Notes: a model not told the origin generated them from the sequence alone. DNA of 64,000 bases from Candidatus Caccoplasma merdavium (GCA_018715595.1 DVLI01000026.1:65966-129965), one strand, 5' to 3'; numbered from the stretch's first letter, positions 7,302-17,206 are shown. A program made the numbers and translations.

Positions 7302-9863
7302 GTGGAATCAAAAAGTTATACCTACGATGAGGCGTTCCAGTCGTCATTGGAATACTTCAAAGGAGATGAGTTGGCAGCCCGTGTTTGGGTCAACAAGTAT
7401 GCCCTGAAAGACTCGTTTGGGAACATTTATGAGAAAAATCCCGAAGACATGCACATGCGTCTGGCTTCGGAGATTGCGCGGATAGAGAACAACTATCCCA
7501 ATCCCTTGTCGGTGGAGAAACTTATGGAACTCTTCCGAGACTTTAAGTATATCGTGCCTCAGGGCAGCCCCATGAGCGGCATCGGCAACAATTATCAAAT
7601 CGGGTCGTTGTCGAATTGCTTCGTGATAGGTATGGAAGGAAATGCCGACTCGTATGGCGGTGTGATGAAAATCGACGAAGAGCAGGTACAACTTATGAAA
7701 CGCCGCGGCGGGGTAGGACATGACCTTTCGCACATACGCCCCAAAGGGTCGCCCGTGAAAAACTCGGCGTTGACCTCGACCGGTTTGGTTCCCTTTATGG
7801 AACGCTATTCCAATTCCACCCGTGAAGTGGCCCAGGATGGCCGCCGTGGAGCTTTGATGCTCAGTGTCTCGATAAAACACCCTGACTCGGAGTCGTTTAT
7901 CGACGCCAAGATGACCGAAGGGAAAGTGACCGGTGCCAATGTCTCGGTGAGAATGACCGACGATTTCATGCAAGCCGCCATCGACGGACGTCCTTATACG
8001 CAACAATATCCCATCGATGGCGAAAACCCGATGGTGACAAAAGAGGTCGATGCACAAGCTATCTGGAAAAAAATCGTGCACAATGCCTGGAAGTCGGCCG
8101 AGCCCGGTGTCCTCTTTTGGGATACGATTATCCGGGAGTCGATTCCCGACTGCTATGCCGATTTGGGATTCCGTACCATATCGACCAACCCCTGTGGCGA
8201 GATACCCCTCTGTCCCTATGACAGCTGCCGCCTGTTGGCCATCAACCTCTACTCATACGTCGTGAATCCCTTCACGCCGAACGCCTATTTCGATTTCGAC
8301 CTCTTCCGAGAACATGTGCAACTCGCCCAACGCATTATGGACGACATCATCGACCTCGAAATGGAGAAAATCGACCGCATACTCGACAAGATACACTCCG
8401 ACCCCGAATCGGACGAAATCAAACGCACCGAAGTGCAACTCTGGGAAAAGATACGTGCCAAAACGCTCAAAGGTCGCCGTACCGGTGTGGGAACCACGGC
8501 CGAGGGCGACATGATTGCCGCCATGGGGCTGCGTTACGGTACCGAAGAGGCCACGACCTTCTCCGAGAGCGTGCACAAGGCATTGGCCCTTGCCGCATAC
8601 CGTTCGTCGGTCGACATGGCTCGCGAACGTGGCGCATTTGAGATATACAACACGCAGCGTGAGGAGAAAAATCCTTTTATCAACCGCTTGCGCGAAGCCG
8701 ACCCGCAACTCTACGAAGATATGGCGCGTTGGGGACGCCGTAACATTGCCTGCCTCACCATTGCACCTACCGGTACGACCAGCCTTATGACACAGACCAC
8801 TTCGGGCATTGAGCCTGTTTTCATGCCCGTGTACCGCCGGCGTCGCAAGGTGAATCCCAATGATACCGATGTGAGAGTCGATTACATCGATGAGTCGGGC
8901 GACGCCTTTGAAGAATATCTCGTTTACCATCATAAGTTCGTGACTTGGATGCAGATGAACGGATATGAAGTGCGTAACAATTATACCCAAAGCGAAATCG
9001 ACGAAATCATTTCGCGTTCGCCCTACTACAAAGCCACATCGAACGATATCGACTGGATACAGAAAGTGCGTATGCAGGGCCGAGTGCAGAAGTGGGTCGA
9101 CCATTCTATCAGCGTTACCATCAACCTGCCGGCCGATGTGACCGAAGAATTGGTTGGCGACCTCTATGTCGAGGCTTGGCGTTGCGGTTGCAAAGGGTGT
9201 ACGGTCTATCGCGAAGGGTCGCGTTCGGGTGTACTCATTGCCGTGCAGAAAGAAGCCAAAAAGGAGAAAGAAAAAGAAGCTGCCGCAGCTGCCGCTGCGC
9301 AACCCGCGGCTCCCGGCGATATGGTGCGTCCCACCGAACTCGAAGCCGACGTGGTGCGTTTCCAAAACAACCGCGAGAAATGGATTGCCTTTATCGGCTT
9401 GAAAGACGGTAAGCCCTATGAAATCTTCACCGGTCTCGCCGATGATGAAGACGGTATCTTGATACCGAAAAACATCACCAAAGGGAAAATCATCAAAGCC
9501 TACGACGAGAACGGCACAAAGCATTACGATTTCCAATTCCGCAACAAACGAGGCTATAAGACCACCATCGAGGGACTTTCTGAGAAATTCAATCCCGAGT
9601 ACTGGAACTATGCCAAACTCATTTCGGGCGTGTTGCGTTACGGCATGCCCATCGAGCAGGTTCTCAAACTGGTCGGCTCGCTGCAACTCAACAGCGAAAA
9701 CATCAATACCTGGAAAAACGGTGTGGAACGGGCGTTGAAGAAATACATGCCCAACGGCGCCAGTGCCAGCGGACAGAAATGTCCCAAGTGCGGGCAAGAG
9801 ACACTCGTCTACCAGGAAGGCTGCCTGATTTGTACCTCATGTGGAACCTCTAAGTGCGGATAA
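7302..9863 (+). CDS. nrdJ: class II (adenosylcobalamin-dependent) ribonucleotide reductase
   Basis: 853 aa. It has the N-terminal EYFKGDELAARVWVNKYALKD, the active-site TNPCGEIPL and a C-terminal CPKCG...CTSCG zinc ribbon. The GTG start coincides with where I recall homologue N-termini begin. Confidence 0.9.
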   Translation: MESKSYTYDEAFQSSLEYFKGDELAARVWVNKYALKDSFGNIYEKNPEDMHMRLASEIARIENNYPNPLSVEKLMELFRDFKYIVPQGSPMSGIGNNYQIGSLSNCFVIGMEGNADSYGGVMKIDEEQVQLMKRRGGVGHDLSHIRPKGSPVKNSALTSTGLVPFMERYSNSTREVAQDGRRGALMLSVSIKHPDSESFIDAKMTEGKVTGANVSVRMTDDFMQAAIDGRPYTQQYPIDGENPMVTKEVDAQAIWKKIVHNAWKSAEPGVLFWDTIIRESIPDCYADLGFRTISTNPCGEIPLCPYDSCRLLAINLYSYVVNPFTPNAYFDFDLFREHVQLAQRIMDDIIDLEMEKIDRILDKIHSDPESDEIKRTEVQLWEKIRAKTLKGRRTGVGTTAEGDMIAAMGLRYGTEEATTFSESVHKALALAAYRSSVDMARERGAFEIYNTQREEKNPFINRLREADPQLYEDMARWGRRNIACLTIAPTGTTSLMTQTTSGIEPVFMPVYRRRRKVNPNDTDVRVDYIDESGDAFEEYLVYHHKFVTWMQMNGYEVRNNYTQSEIDEIISRSPYYKATSNDIDWIQKVRMQGRVQKWVDHSISVTINLPADVTEELVGDLYVEAWRCGCKGCTVYREGSRSGVLIAVQKEAKKEKEKEAAAAAAAQPAAPGDMVRPTELEADVVRFQNNREKWIAFIGLKDGKPYEIFTGLADDEDGILIPKNITKGKIIKAYDENGTKHYDFQFRNKRGYKTTIEGLSEKFNPEYWNYAKLISGVLRYGMPIEQVLKLVGSLQLNSENINTWKNGVERALKKYMPNGASASGQKCPKCGQETLVYQEGCLICTSCGTSKCG

Positions 9864-12541
9864 TGCAAATTACATTCAATATTGAATATCACACCCGTTG
9901 GGGGCAACAACTATGTATAAGCGGAGGTGTCGAAGCCTTAGGTTCCCATTGTGAGGAGAAGGCACGGCCCATGCACTATGCCGATGACGGTTGGTGGACT
10001 CTGACCATCGACGTCGACACGAATAGTGCGTTCACTTATCGGTATATGGTGCGCGAAGACGGAGATGTGTCTCGAAAAGAGTGGGGTGGGGAACATTGTT
10101 TCCGCCCCACTTTTGGCATTTCGGCCTACCAGGTCTATGATGAGTGGTTTCAAATTGCGAAAGACCACCCGTTCCACTCGTCGGCCGTGCAGCAGAGCGG
10201 TATTTTGCGGCGCGAGAAACTTCCCGTCACCGAAACCGAAAAAGCCGGCGTGCGTTTTGAAATCAATGCACCGGCACTTTTGCCGCATGAGGCGTTGGCC
10301 GTTGTGGGAACCTTTACGGCGCAGCCGTGGAGCGTGGAGTCGGCCTGTATCATGTCCGATCGCCATTATCCCGTGTGGTCGGTGACCTTCCCCGGCGAGA
10401 TAGTATGTCTGCCGGTGGAGTACAAATTCGTAGTGGTCGACAAGTCCACGCGGCATATCATCGCTTGGGAAGAAGGCGAGAATCGTCGGTTGCCCTTCTT
10501 GGTGGCACGTCCCGGAGAGACAATCATCGTCGGTGCCACTCATTTGCGCCTGTTCCGCCCCTTGTGGAAAGGGGCAGGGGTGGCCATACCCGTATTCTCG
10601 CTGCGCTCGGAGTCGAGTTGGGGCATCGGGGAGTTTCTCGACCTCGAAAAGATGGTCGATTGGGCTGTCTCGACCCATCAACGGCTGATACAGCTGTTGC
10701 CCATCAACGACACCACCATGTGGCACACATGGCTCGATTCCTATCCCTACCGCGCCAATTCGGTCTATGCCTTGCACCCCGTATATCTGCATCTGCCCGA
10801 AATCGGACGACTTTCCGATGCGGCGTCAATGGCCCGTTTCGAACAAGAAGCCGCCCGGCTGAATGCATTGCCGGCGGTCGATTATGAAGCCGTGACCCGA
10901 TTGAAGAGTGATTATATGCAGCGCCTTTACGACGAGGTGGGCGGGCAAACTTTGGCGTCACCCGACTATGCCCGCTTCTTTGCCGACAACCGCGATTGGC
11001 TGGTGCCCTATGCCGCCTTCTGCTATCTGCGTGATACGCTGCACACGCCCGTTGCCTCGCAGTGGGGGGAGTATGCCGTGTATGATGCCGAAAAAATAGC
11101 CCGTCTTACGGGCGAAGATAGCGAAGCCTATCCGGCTGTGGCCCGATACTATTTCGAGCAATACCACCTCCATCGTCAATTATCGAGAGTGCGGGATTAT
11201 GCACGGAGCAAGGGCGTCGTGCTCAAAGGCGACCTGCCGATAGGCGTGAGCCACGAGAGCGTCGATGCCTGGGTCAATCCCCACCTGTTCAACCTCTCGA
11301 TGTGCGCAGGCGCTCCGCCCGATGATTTCTCCATTACCGGGCAGAACTGGGGATTCCCCACCTATGACTGGGACGAGATGGCCAAAGACGGGTATAGCTG
11401 GTGGAAAGCCCGCTTTACAAAAATGGCGGAGTATTTCGATGCCTATCGCATCGACCACATCTTGGGCTTTTTCCGCATTTGGGAAATCCCCGATACCGCC
11501 GTTGAAGGGTTGCCGGGACATTTCAATGCGGCCAAACCGTTCACGGTCGAAGAACTGGCTCATTATGGCTTCTTCTTTGATGCCCGACGTCATGCCGAGC
11601 CATACATCTGCGAAGCGATGCTTCCCGAAATTTTCGGGCCGTATGCCGATGAAGTGAAAGAAGAGTATCTCTTACCCCTTGCCGACGGACACTTCGCCCT
11701 GAAAGAGACGGTCGACAATCAAAAGAAAATTGCGGCACATTTCCAGGATACTTGTGATGAGCGGGCACAAAAGATAAAAGCGGGATTGATGCGTCTTACC
11801 GATGAAATCCTGTTCGTGCCCGACCCCTATGTGGCCGGAACCTGGCACCCGCGCATTCATGCACACGAGACAGATAGTTTCAAGGCATTGCCCGAAGAGA
11901 TGCAACGGAGTTACCGTCATCTGCATGATGATTTCTATTACAGCCGTCATGACGACTTCTGGCGTGATGAGGCGTTGAAGAAATTGCCAACGCTCATCTC
12001 TTCGACGCAGATGCTGGTGTGTGGGGAGGATTTGGGCATGATACCGCATTGTGTGCCCGACGTGATGGAGCAGTTGCAGATACTCTCCCTCGAAATCGAA
12101 CGCATGCCCAAGGAACCTTATTGCGAATTTGGAGACCCGTCGCGTTATCCCTACCTGTCGGTGTGCACGACATCGACCCATGACATGTCGGGAATCCGCG
12201 GGTGGTGGGAAGAAGACGCCGAGCGGACCCAACGATACTACAATACCATTTTGCAACGAGAGGGAGAGCCTCCCGTCCAGTGTCCGCCCTATCTTTGTGA
12301 AGCCATTATCCGACGCCATCTCGAATCTCCGTCGATGTGGGTCATTCTGCCGCTGCAAGACTGGTTGTCGCTCTCCATCGATATACGGTTGCCCGACCCG
12401 TCGCTCGAACGCATCAATGTGCCGGCCAACCCCCGGAACTATTGGCATTATCGCATGCATCTGACGCTTGAATCACTCCTCGCACAAGATGACTTCAATG
12501 CGCTGGTGCGTAATTTGGTCGAGACTTCTTCGCGTCGGTAG
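9863..12541 (+). CDS. malQ: 4-alpha-glucanotransferase (GH77 amylomaltase) with N-terminal CBM20-like modules
   Basis: Two N-terminal starch-binding-like modules (ITFNIEYHTRWGQQL..., VRFEINAPALLPHEALAVVG...) precede a GH77 core (YRIDHILGFFRIWEIP, VCGEDLGMIP). The ATG overlaps the nrdJ stop (TAATG). Confidence 0.88.
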   Translation: MQITFNIEYHTRWGQQLCISGGVEALGSHCEEKARPMHYADDGWWTLTIDVDTNSAFTYRYMVREDGDVSRKEWGGEHCFRPTFGISAYQVYDEWFQIAKDHPFHSSAVQQSGILRREKLPVTETEKAGVRFEINAPALLPHEALAVVGTFTAQPWSVESACIMSDRHYPVWSVTFPGEIVCLPVEYKFVVVDKSTRHIIAWEEGENRRLPFLVARPGETIIVGATHLRLFRPLWKGAGVAIPVFSLRSESSWGIGEFLDLEKMVDWAVSTHQRLIQLLPINDTTMWHTWLDSYPYRANSVYALHPVYLHLPEIGRLSDAASMARFEQEAARLNALPAVDYEAVTRLKSDYMQRLYDEVGGQTLASPDYARFFADNRDWLVPYAAFCYLRDTLHTPVASQWGEYAVYDAEKIARLTGEDSEAYPAVARYYFEQYHLHRQLSRVRDYARSKGVVLKGDLPIGVSHESVDAWVNPHLFNLSMCAGAPPDDFSITGQNWGFPTYDWDEMAKDGYSWWKARFTKMAEYFDAYRIDHILGFFRIWEIPDTAVEGLPGHFNAAKPFTVEELAHYGFFFDARRHAEPYICEAMLPEIFGPYADEVKEEYLLPLADGHFALKETVDNQKKIAAHFQDTCDERAQKIKAGLMRLTDEILFVPDPYVAGTWHPRIHAHETDSFKALPEEMQRSYRHLHDDFYYSRHDDFWRDEALKKLPTLISSTQMLVCGEDLGMIPHCVPDVMEQLQILSLEIERMPKEPYCEFGDPSRYPYLSVCTTSTHDMSGIRGWWEEDAERTQRYYNTILQREGEPPVQCPPYLCEAIIRRHLESPSMWVILPLQDWLSLSIDIRLPDPSLERINVPANPRNYWHYRMHLTLESLLAQDDFNALVRNLVETSSRR

Positions 12542-12610
12542 CCGCACGATTGTCGGGCCTACATCGCAGAAATAATCCTTGGGAGAGTTTGCCGGGAAGA
12601 ATAAATGTGT

Positions 12611-12618
12611 TATTTTTG
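12611..12618 (+). promoter_or_regulatory. -7 promoter box TATTTTTG (tetR-fabG)
   Basis: Matches TAnnTTTG, 25 bp upstream of the ATG at 12643. Confidence 0.45.
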
Positions 12619-12642
12619 CCTTAGTTAAAACCACGGTGCCGT

Positions 12643-13257
12643 ATGAAAGAACTTATGTCGAAAACGCGGAAACTCCTGGTCGATACAGCCCGGCAGTTGT
12701 TTGCTCAGAAAGGTATCGACAATACCACGATGAACAATATCGCGTTGGCTTCGGGAAAAGGTCGGCGCACATTGTATACCTATTTCAGGAGCAAGACAGA
12801 AGTCTATGAGGCCGTCATAGAGTCGGAGTTGTCGCATTTGACACACCAGCTTGGCGATGTGGTGGGGCGAGACCTGCCACCCGATGAGAAACTCACGACA
12901 TACATACAGGTGCGTTTCGATGTTTTCAGAGAGACCATTCTGCGCAACGGCACGTTGAAAGCCGAGTTTTTCAGGGACATTCGGCAAGTTGAGTCAGCCC
13001 GCAAGAACATCGACAAGCAAGAAATCGAGTTTCTGCGGCGTATTATCGATGACGGCATCAAGAAGAAGATTTTCAGGTCGGTGCCCATTCTGCCTACCTC
13101 GTGGGTGATTCACTGTTGCCTCAAAGGTCTCGAAGTGCCCTATCTCAAAGGCATTTTCTCGGACATGGGTTTTGACTCGGCAAAACTGAAAGAATTTATT
13201 GCAGACCTCACCAAATCGTGTCTCGGATACGAAAAAAATAAGCAAACACAACTCTAA
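12643..13257 (+). CDS. TetR/AcrR family transcriptional regulator
   Basis: 204 aa with an N-terminal HTH (ARQLFAQKGIDNTTMNNIALASGKGRRTLYTYFRSK). Confidence 0.85.
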   Translation: MKELMSKTRKLLVDTARQLFAQKGIDNTTMNNIALASGKGRRTLYTYFRSKTEVYEAVIESELSHLTHQLGDVVGRDLPPDEKLTTYIQVRFDVFRETILRNGTLKAEFFRDIRQVESARKNIDKQEIEFLRRIIDDGIKKKIFRSVPILPTSWVIHCCLKGLEVPYLKGIFSDMGFDSAKLKEFIADLTKSCLGYEKNKQTQL

Positions 13258-13269
13258 AAATAACAGATT

Positions 13270-14016
13270 ATGAAATTACTCGAAGGAAAAGTTGCCCTTA
13301 TCACAGGTGCAGCGCGCGGCATCGGAAAAGCCGTTGCTCTCAAATTCGCGCAAGAAGGCGCTCATGTGGCATTCACCGATTTGGTTATCGATGAAAACGG
13401 AAAAGCCACCGAAGCCGAGATTGCCGCCTATGGCGTGAAAGCCAAAGGGTATGCATCGAATGCCGCCAACTTTGAAGAGACCGAAAAAATTGTCAATCAA
13501 GTCAAAGAAGATTTTGGCGCGATAGATATTCTCGTCAACAATGCCGGTATCACCAAAGATGGTTTGATGATGCGCATGAGCGAAGCCCAGTGGGACGCAG
13601 TCATCAATGTCAATCTGAAATCGGCTTTCAACTTTATCCATGCCTGCACCCCCATCATGATGCGTCAGAAAAGTGGCAGCATCATCAACATGGCATCGGT
13701 CGTAGGTGTGCATGGAAACGCAGGCCAAGCCAACTATTCGGCTTCGAAAGCCGGTATGATAGGATTGGCCAAATCCATTGCCCAGGAACTCGGCTCGCGC
13801 GGTATCCGTGCCAACGCCATCGCTCCCGGCTTCATCATCACCGATATGACGGCCAAACTTCCTGATGACGTAAAAGCCGAGTGGTGCAAGAAAATTCCTC
13901 TCCGTCGTGGCGGAACGCCCGAAGATGTGGCCAACATCGCTACGTTCCTCGCATCGGATATGTCGTCGTATGTCTCGGGTCAAGTGATCCAAGTCGACGG
14001 CGGTATGAACATGTAA
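13270..14016 (+). CDS. fabG: 3-oxoacyl-[ACP] reductase
   Basis: 248-aa SDR with TGAARGIGKA, NNAGIT and the YSASKAG catalytic motif. High overall resemblance to FabG. Confidence 0.88.
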   Translation: MKLLEGKVALITGAARGIGKAVALKFAQEGAHVAFTDLVIDENGKATEAEIAAYGVKAKGYASNAANFEETEKIVNQVKEDFGAIDILVNNAGITKDGLMMRMSEAQWDAVINVNLKSAFNFIHACTPIMMRQKSGSIINMASVVGVHGNAGQANYSASKAGMIGLAKSIAQELGSRGIRANAIAPGFIITDMTAKLPDDVKAEWCKKIPLRRGGTPEDVANIATFLASDMSSYVSGQVIQVDGGMNM

Positions 14017-14025
14017 TGCGCCTCT

Positions 14026-14718
14026 ATGGAAGTCTTGTACGAAGACAATCATCTGATTATCGTCAATAAGAGTACCTCGGAAATTGTCCAGGGCGACAAA
14101 ACGGGTGATACCCCGTTGAGCGAAACCCTCAAAGTTTGGCTCAAAGAGAAATATCACAAGCCCGGAAACGTTTTTGTCGGCGTGACCCATCGACTCGACC
14201 GACCGGTGAGCGGCATTGTCGTCTTTGCCAAAACCAGCAAAGCATTGGCTCGTCTCAACGAGATGTTCCGCACCGGAGAAGTGAAAAAGACCTATTGGGC
14301 GATTGTGCAGTCGGCTCCCGAGCGCGAGGCCGATGAGATAACCCATTATCTCGTGCGCAACGAGAAGCTCAACAAGTCGGTTGCCTGGGATACCCCCCGG
14401 CCCAATGCCAAAGAGGCGGTGTTGGCTTATCGCACCCTGGCACGGAGCGAGAATTACACCCTTTTGGAGGTGTCCCTCAAAACCGGACGTCACCATCAAA
14501 TCCGCTGTCAGCTCTCCAAAATAGGAGCTCCCATCAAAGGCGATTTGAAATACGGCGCTCGGCGCTCCAACCCCGATGGCGGCATTTCGCTTCATGCCCG
14601 TAGCATCTCGTTTATCCACCCCGTGTCGAAGCTCCCCATTGATGTTACGGCACCCGTGCCCGATGATGCGCTGTGGAAATATTTCGAGCGTGTTGTTTCG
14701 CCCTCGGCCACCGAGTAG
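14026..14718 (+). CDS. RluA-family pseudouridine synthase
   Basis: The HRLDRPVSG catalytic-Asp motif and KTGRHHQIR are present. 230 aa. Confidence 0.85.
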   Translation: MEVLYEDNHLIIVNKSTSEIVQGDKTGDTPLSETLKVWLKEKYHKPGNVFVGVTHRLDRPVSGIVVFAKTSKALARLNEMFRTGEVKKTYWAIVQSAPEREADEITHYLVRNEKLNKSVAWDTPRPNAKEAVLAYRTLARSENYTLLEVSLKTGRHHQIRCQLSKIGAPIKGDLKYGARRSNPDGGISLHARSISFIHPVSKLPIDVTAPVPDDALWKYFERVVSPSATE

Positions 14719-14735
14719 TATTCTTCATAAAGAAC

Positions 14736-14772
14736 AAAAGGGAGATGAACAATTTTTTTCATCTCCTTTTTT
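14736..14772 (+). terminator. intrinsic terminator after the rluA-family gene
   Basis: AAAAGGGAGATGAAC-AATTTT-TTCATCTCCTTTTTT. Confidence 0.7.
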
Positions 14773-14782
14773 GTATATGGAG

Positions 14783-14971
14783 AAGGACTTAATCAATAAA
14801 GGGCTTTTACCGGTTGCTTTTCGATTTTTTTTATGGCCTCTTCATCGATGTGATTGTCGGTGATGAGGGTGTGTACCAGAGAGATGGGTCCGAGGCTGGC
14901 AAACGAACAGTTCCCGATTTTGGAAGAGTCGGCTACCAAAAAGATTTTCAAGGAACGTTCAACATGATTTT
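14783..14971 (-). pseudogene. 3-prime remnant of a DeoR/GlpR-family regulator (C-terminal 62 codons only)
   Basis: My own reverse-strand translation reads IFLQNHVERSLKIFLVADSSKIGNCSFASLGPISLVHTLITDNHIDEEAIKKIEKQPVKALY*. The LVADSSKIG...ITD pattern is the end of the DeoR sugar-phosphate sensor domain. The fragment has no Met and no HTH, an in-frame TGA at 14972-14974 closes it upstream, and it is absent from the ORF track. Confidence 0.6.
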
Positions 14972-15026
14972 GTAGAAAGATTCAAGGAATTGATAAAATA
15001 GAACCGAAACATAATATTCTCACGAT

Positions 15027-16304
15027 ATGAAAAAATATTGCATTTTGTTCCTGTCGCTGTGTGTGGCTTCCCTATGGACTTGTACAACCGAAAATCCGGC
15101 ACCGAAACACCGGATATTGATCAGTACCGACATTGGCGGTACCGACCCCGACGACAACCAGTCGATGGCGCACCTGCTCATGTATAGCGATTGTTTCGAC
15201 ATCGAAGGCTTGGTATCATCACCCTCTTTCGGTGAAGGCTCAAAAGAGGAGATCCTTCGCATGATAGACCTCTATGAAGCCGATTACGACCGTTTGAAGA
15301 ACCACGCCGCCGGCTGTCTTCCGCCCGACTCCTTGCGTCGTCTCTGCAAGCAAGGACGTAGAGGCTTGCTGCCCTATTACGGCTATGAAACCCCTACCGA
15401 AGGGTCGGAGTGGATTGTCTCCTGCGCCCGCAAGGAAGATCCCCGTCTGTTGTGGATTCTCGTGTGGGGAAGCCTCGATGACGTGGCACAGGCCCTGCAT
15501 GACGCACCCGATATTTTGCCCCGCATACGGGTCTATTGGATTGGCGGCCCCAACAAGAAGTGGGGCGTAAACAGTTACGCCTACATCGTCGAAAATTTTC
15601 CCGATCTGTGGATTATCGAGAACAATGCCTCCTATCGGGGATTCATCGGGAACAACAAAAAAGACGACGTCTACAACATGCGTTATTACGACACCTATAT
15701 CAAGGGCGCCGGTAACCTTGGAGCCGATTTTATCGATTATTACGAAGGTCAGGTAAAGATGGGCGACACGCCGTCGTTGCTCTATGTGATGAACGGTAAC
15801 CCCGAAATTCCCGAAGGCGAGAGTTGGGGCGGAAGTTTTGAAAAGATGTCGCACAGTCCCCGTACGATATTTACCCGCCACACGACGTTGCAGGATACCG
15901 TCCCGGTCTATTCGGTTGTGGAGTTCCGTCTCAATGGCCCCGAAATCGATAAGCCGGCAGGTGCCCGTTGTTTCGACTTTATCATTGACCGTCAGACGTG
16001 GGACGGCGTCTATCTTGGCGACGGACTTTTTGCCGTGCGATATGCCCCCAAGGCGCCTGCTACGCTCGATTACCGTATTGTATCCGATATCAAGGAGTTC
16101 GATGGCCAGACAGGCGTCTTTGTCGTGAGCCGGAAGTGGCCGGGAAAGAAACGTGCCGACAGTTACGAAGTGGGAGCCAATTGGTATACCGACCGTTGTG
16201 ACAAAGCTCTTTTTGAAAGGCTTTGGCAAGGAAGCAAAACCGTGTCGAAATGGCGTAACGATGTCCTTGACGATTGGGCCGAGCGGTGGAGTTGGTTGAA
16301 ATGA
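15027..16304 (+). CDS. DUF1593 (nucleoside-hydrolase-like domain) lipoprotein
   Basis: Lipobox ASLWTC. ILISTDIGGTDPDDNQSMAHLLMYSDCFDIEGLV matches my memory of the DUF1593 N-terminal signature. 425 aa. Confidence 0.7.
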   Translation: MKKYCILFLSLCVASLWTCTTENPAPKHRILISTDIGGTDPDDNQSMAHLLMYSDCFDIEGLVSSPSFGEGSKEEILRMIDLYEADYDRLKNHAAGCLPPDSLRRLCKQGRRGLLPYYGYETPTEGSEWIVSCARKEDPRLLWILVWGSLDDVAQALHDAPDILPRIRVYWIGGPNKKWGVNSYAYIVENFPDLWIIENNASYRGFIGNNKKDDVYNMRYYDTYIKGAGNLGADFIDYYEGQVKMGDTPSLLYVMNGNPEIPEGESWGGSFEKMSHSPRTIFTRHTTLQDTVPVYSVVEFRLNGPEIDKPAGARCFDFIIDRQTWDGVYLGDGLFAVRYAPKAPATLDYRIVSDIKEFDGQTGVFVVSRKWPGKKRADSYEVGANWYTDRCDKALFERLWQGSKTVSKWRNDVLDDWAERWSWLK

Positions 16305-16394
16305 TTGTGTTTTGAAAAAATCTCAGTTATGAAAAGCAAATCTTTATTGATAAATTCTACGAGTCTCTCACCCTTGATAAATGAGATAGCGTGA

Positions 16395-16432
16395 GACCTT
16401 GCGGAGTTTTCTCCACAAGGTCCCGCTTTTTT
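16395..16432 (+). terminator. intrinsic terminator after the DUF1593 gene
   Basis: GACCTTGCGGAG-TTTT-CTCCACAAGGTC (one mismatch) followed by CCGCTTTTTT. Confidence 0.6.
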
Positions 16433-16580
16433 ACAATCCTTGTCGAAGACGAGCGGCCCAGTTTGGGAACGCGGGTTTTATTTGTCACAGCTCTTGTTTT
16501 TACATATCCATTTCATGGGAGAGGGGTTTGAGATAGCAGATTTTTACGGGGGAAATCGTTGTTTTTTCAATCCGAATTTT

Positions 16581-16588
16581 TATTTTTG
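16581..16588 (+). promoter_or_regulatory. -7 promoter box TATTTTTG (ferritin)
   Basis: Matches TAnnTTTG, 37 bp upstream of the ATG at 16625. Confidence 0.45.
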
Positions 16589-16624
16589 CGTTTTAAAACA
16601 GACAACCTGTAAAAACAAGACACT

Positions 16625-17143
16625 ATGTTAAGTAAAAAAATGGAAGATGCGCTCAATGCGCAAATCAATGCCGAGTTCTGGTCGGCCTATCTCTATCTGT
16701 CGATGTCGGCCAATTTCGCCGCTCACGGAAATCCCGGTTTTGCCAACTGGTTCTCCGTTCAGTTCAAAGAAGAACAGGACCATGCCATGATTTTTATCAA
16801 ATACATTCTTTCGCGTGGTGGAAAAGTCACCCTCAAAGCTATCGACAACGTGCAGACCGAATGGGCTACTCCGCTGGCCGCATTCGAAGACACTTTGGCT
16901 CATGAGAAGAAAGTGACGGCCATGATCAACAATCTCTATGCCATGGCCGAAGAGGAGAAGGATTATGCCACCAAAAGCATGTTGGGCTGGTTTATCGACG
17001 AGCAGGTCGAGGAAGAAGAAACCGCACAAGGATATATCGATGCCTTGAAGATGATCAAGGACAATGGCTTTGGCATTTATACGCTCGATAAGGAGTTGGG
17101 CGCCCGCACCTATACCCAGGCAGCCCCACTTGCCGGAAAATGA
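16625..17143 (+). CDS. ftnA: ferritin (non-heme)
   Basis: 172 aa with a four-helix ferritin pattern and ferroxidase-site residues in NAEFWSAYLYLSM, KEEQDHAMIF and DEQVEEE. Confidence 0.9.
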   Translation: MLSKKMEDALNAQINAEFWSAYLYLSMSANFAAHGNPGFANWFSVQFKEEQDHAMIFIKYILSRGGKVTLKAIDNVQTEWATPLAAFEDTLAHEKKVTAMINNLYAMAEEEKDYATKSMLGWFIDEQVEEEETAQGYIDALKMIKDNGFGIYTLDKELGARTYTQAAPLAGK

Positions 17144-17170
17144 TTTTAACGCGATTTTTACACAAAAGAC

Positions 17171-17206
17171 AAAGATACCCTGCAAGAAACTGCGGGGTAT
17201 CTTTTT
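17171..17206 (+). terminator. intrinsic terminator after ferritin
   Basis: AAAGATACCC-(14-nt loop)-GGGTATCTTTTT. Confidence 0.6.

Noticed and set aside
9279-9299. GCN-rich tandem-looking stretch (gctgccgcagctgccgctgcg) inside nrdJ
   Set aside because: It encodes a seven-Ala run within a KEKEKEAAAAAAAQPAAPG linker between domains. It is in frame and not a regular repeat unit, so it is a low-complexity linker rather than a repeat element or slippage site.
8253-9797. 514-aa minus-strand ORF antisense to nrdJ. Similar long antisense ORFs lie at 5009-6094 (dnaA), 9938-10792 and 11672-12460 (malQ), 49356-50822 (lepA), 58040-59419 (susC-like), 35516-36781 (GH140) and 32494-33489 (GH78).
   Set aside because: All are mirror images of strongly supported genes and none has recognisable motifs. 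Stop-poor antisense frames are expected from this codon usage.
13276-14619. 447-aa minus-strand ORF antisense to fabG and the rluA-family gene
   Set aside because: The same shadow-ORF reasoning applies. The sense strand carries textbook SDR and pseudouridine-synthase motifs, and the antisense product has none.
16440-16631. 63-aa ORF in the ferritin upstream gap
   Set aside because: It has a non-ATG start, an implausible Cys/Phe-rich sequence, and runs across the ferritin promoter box and start codon.
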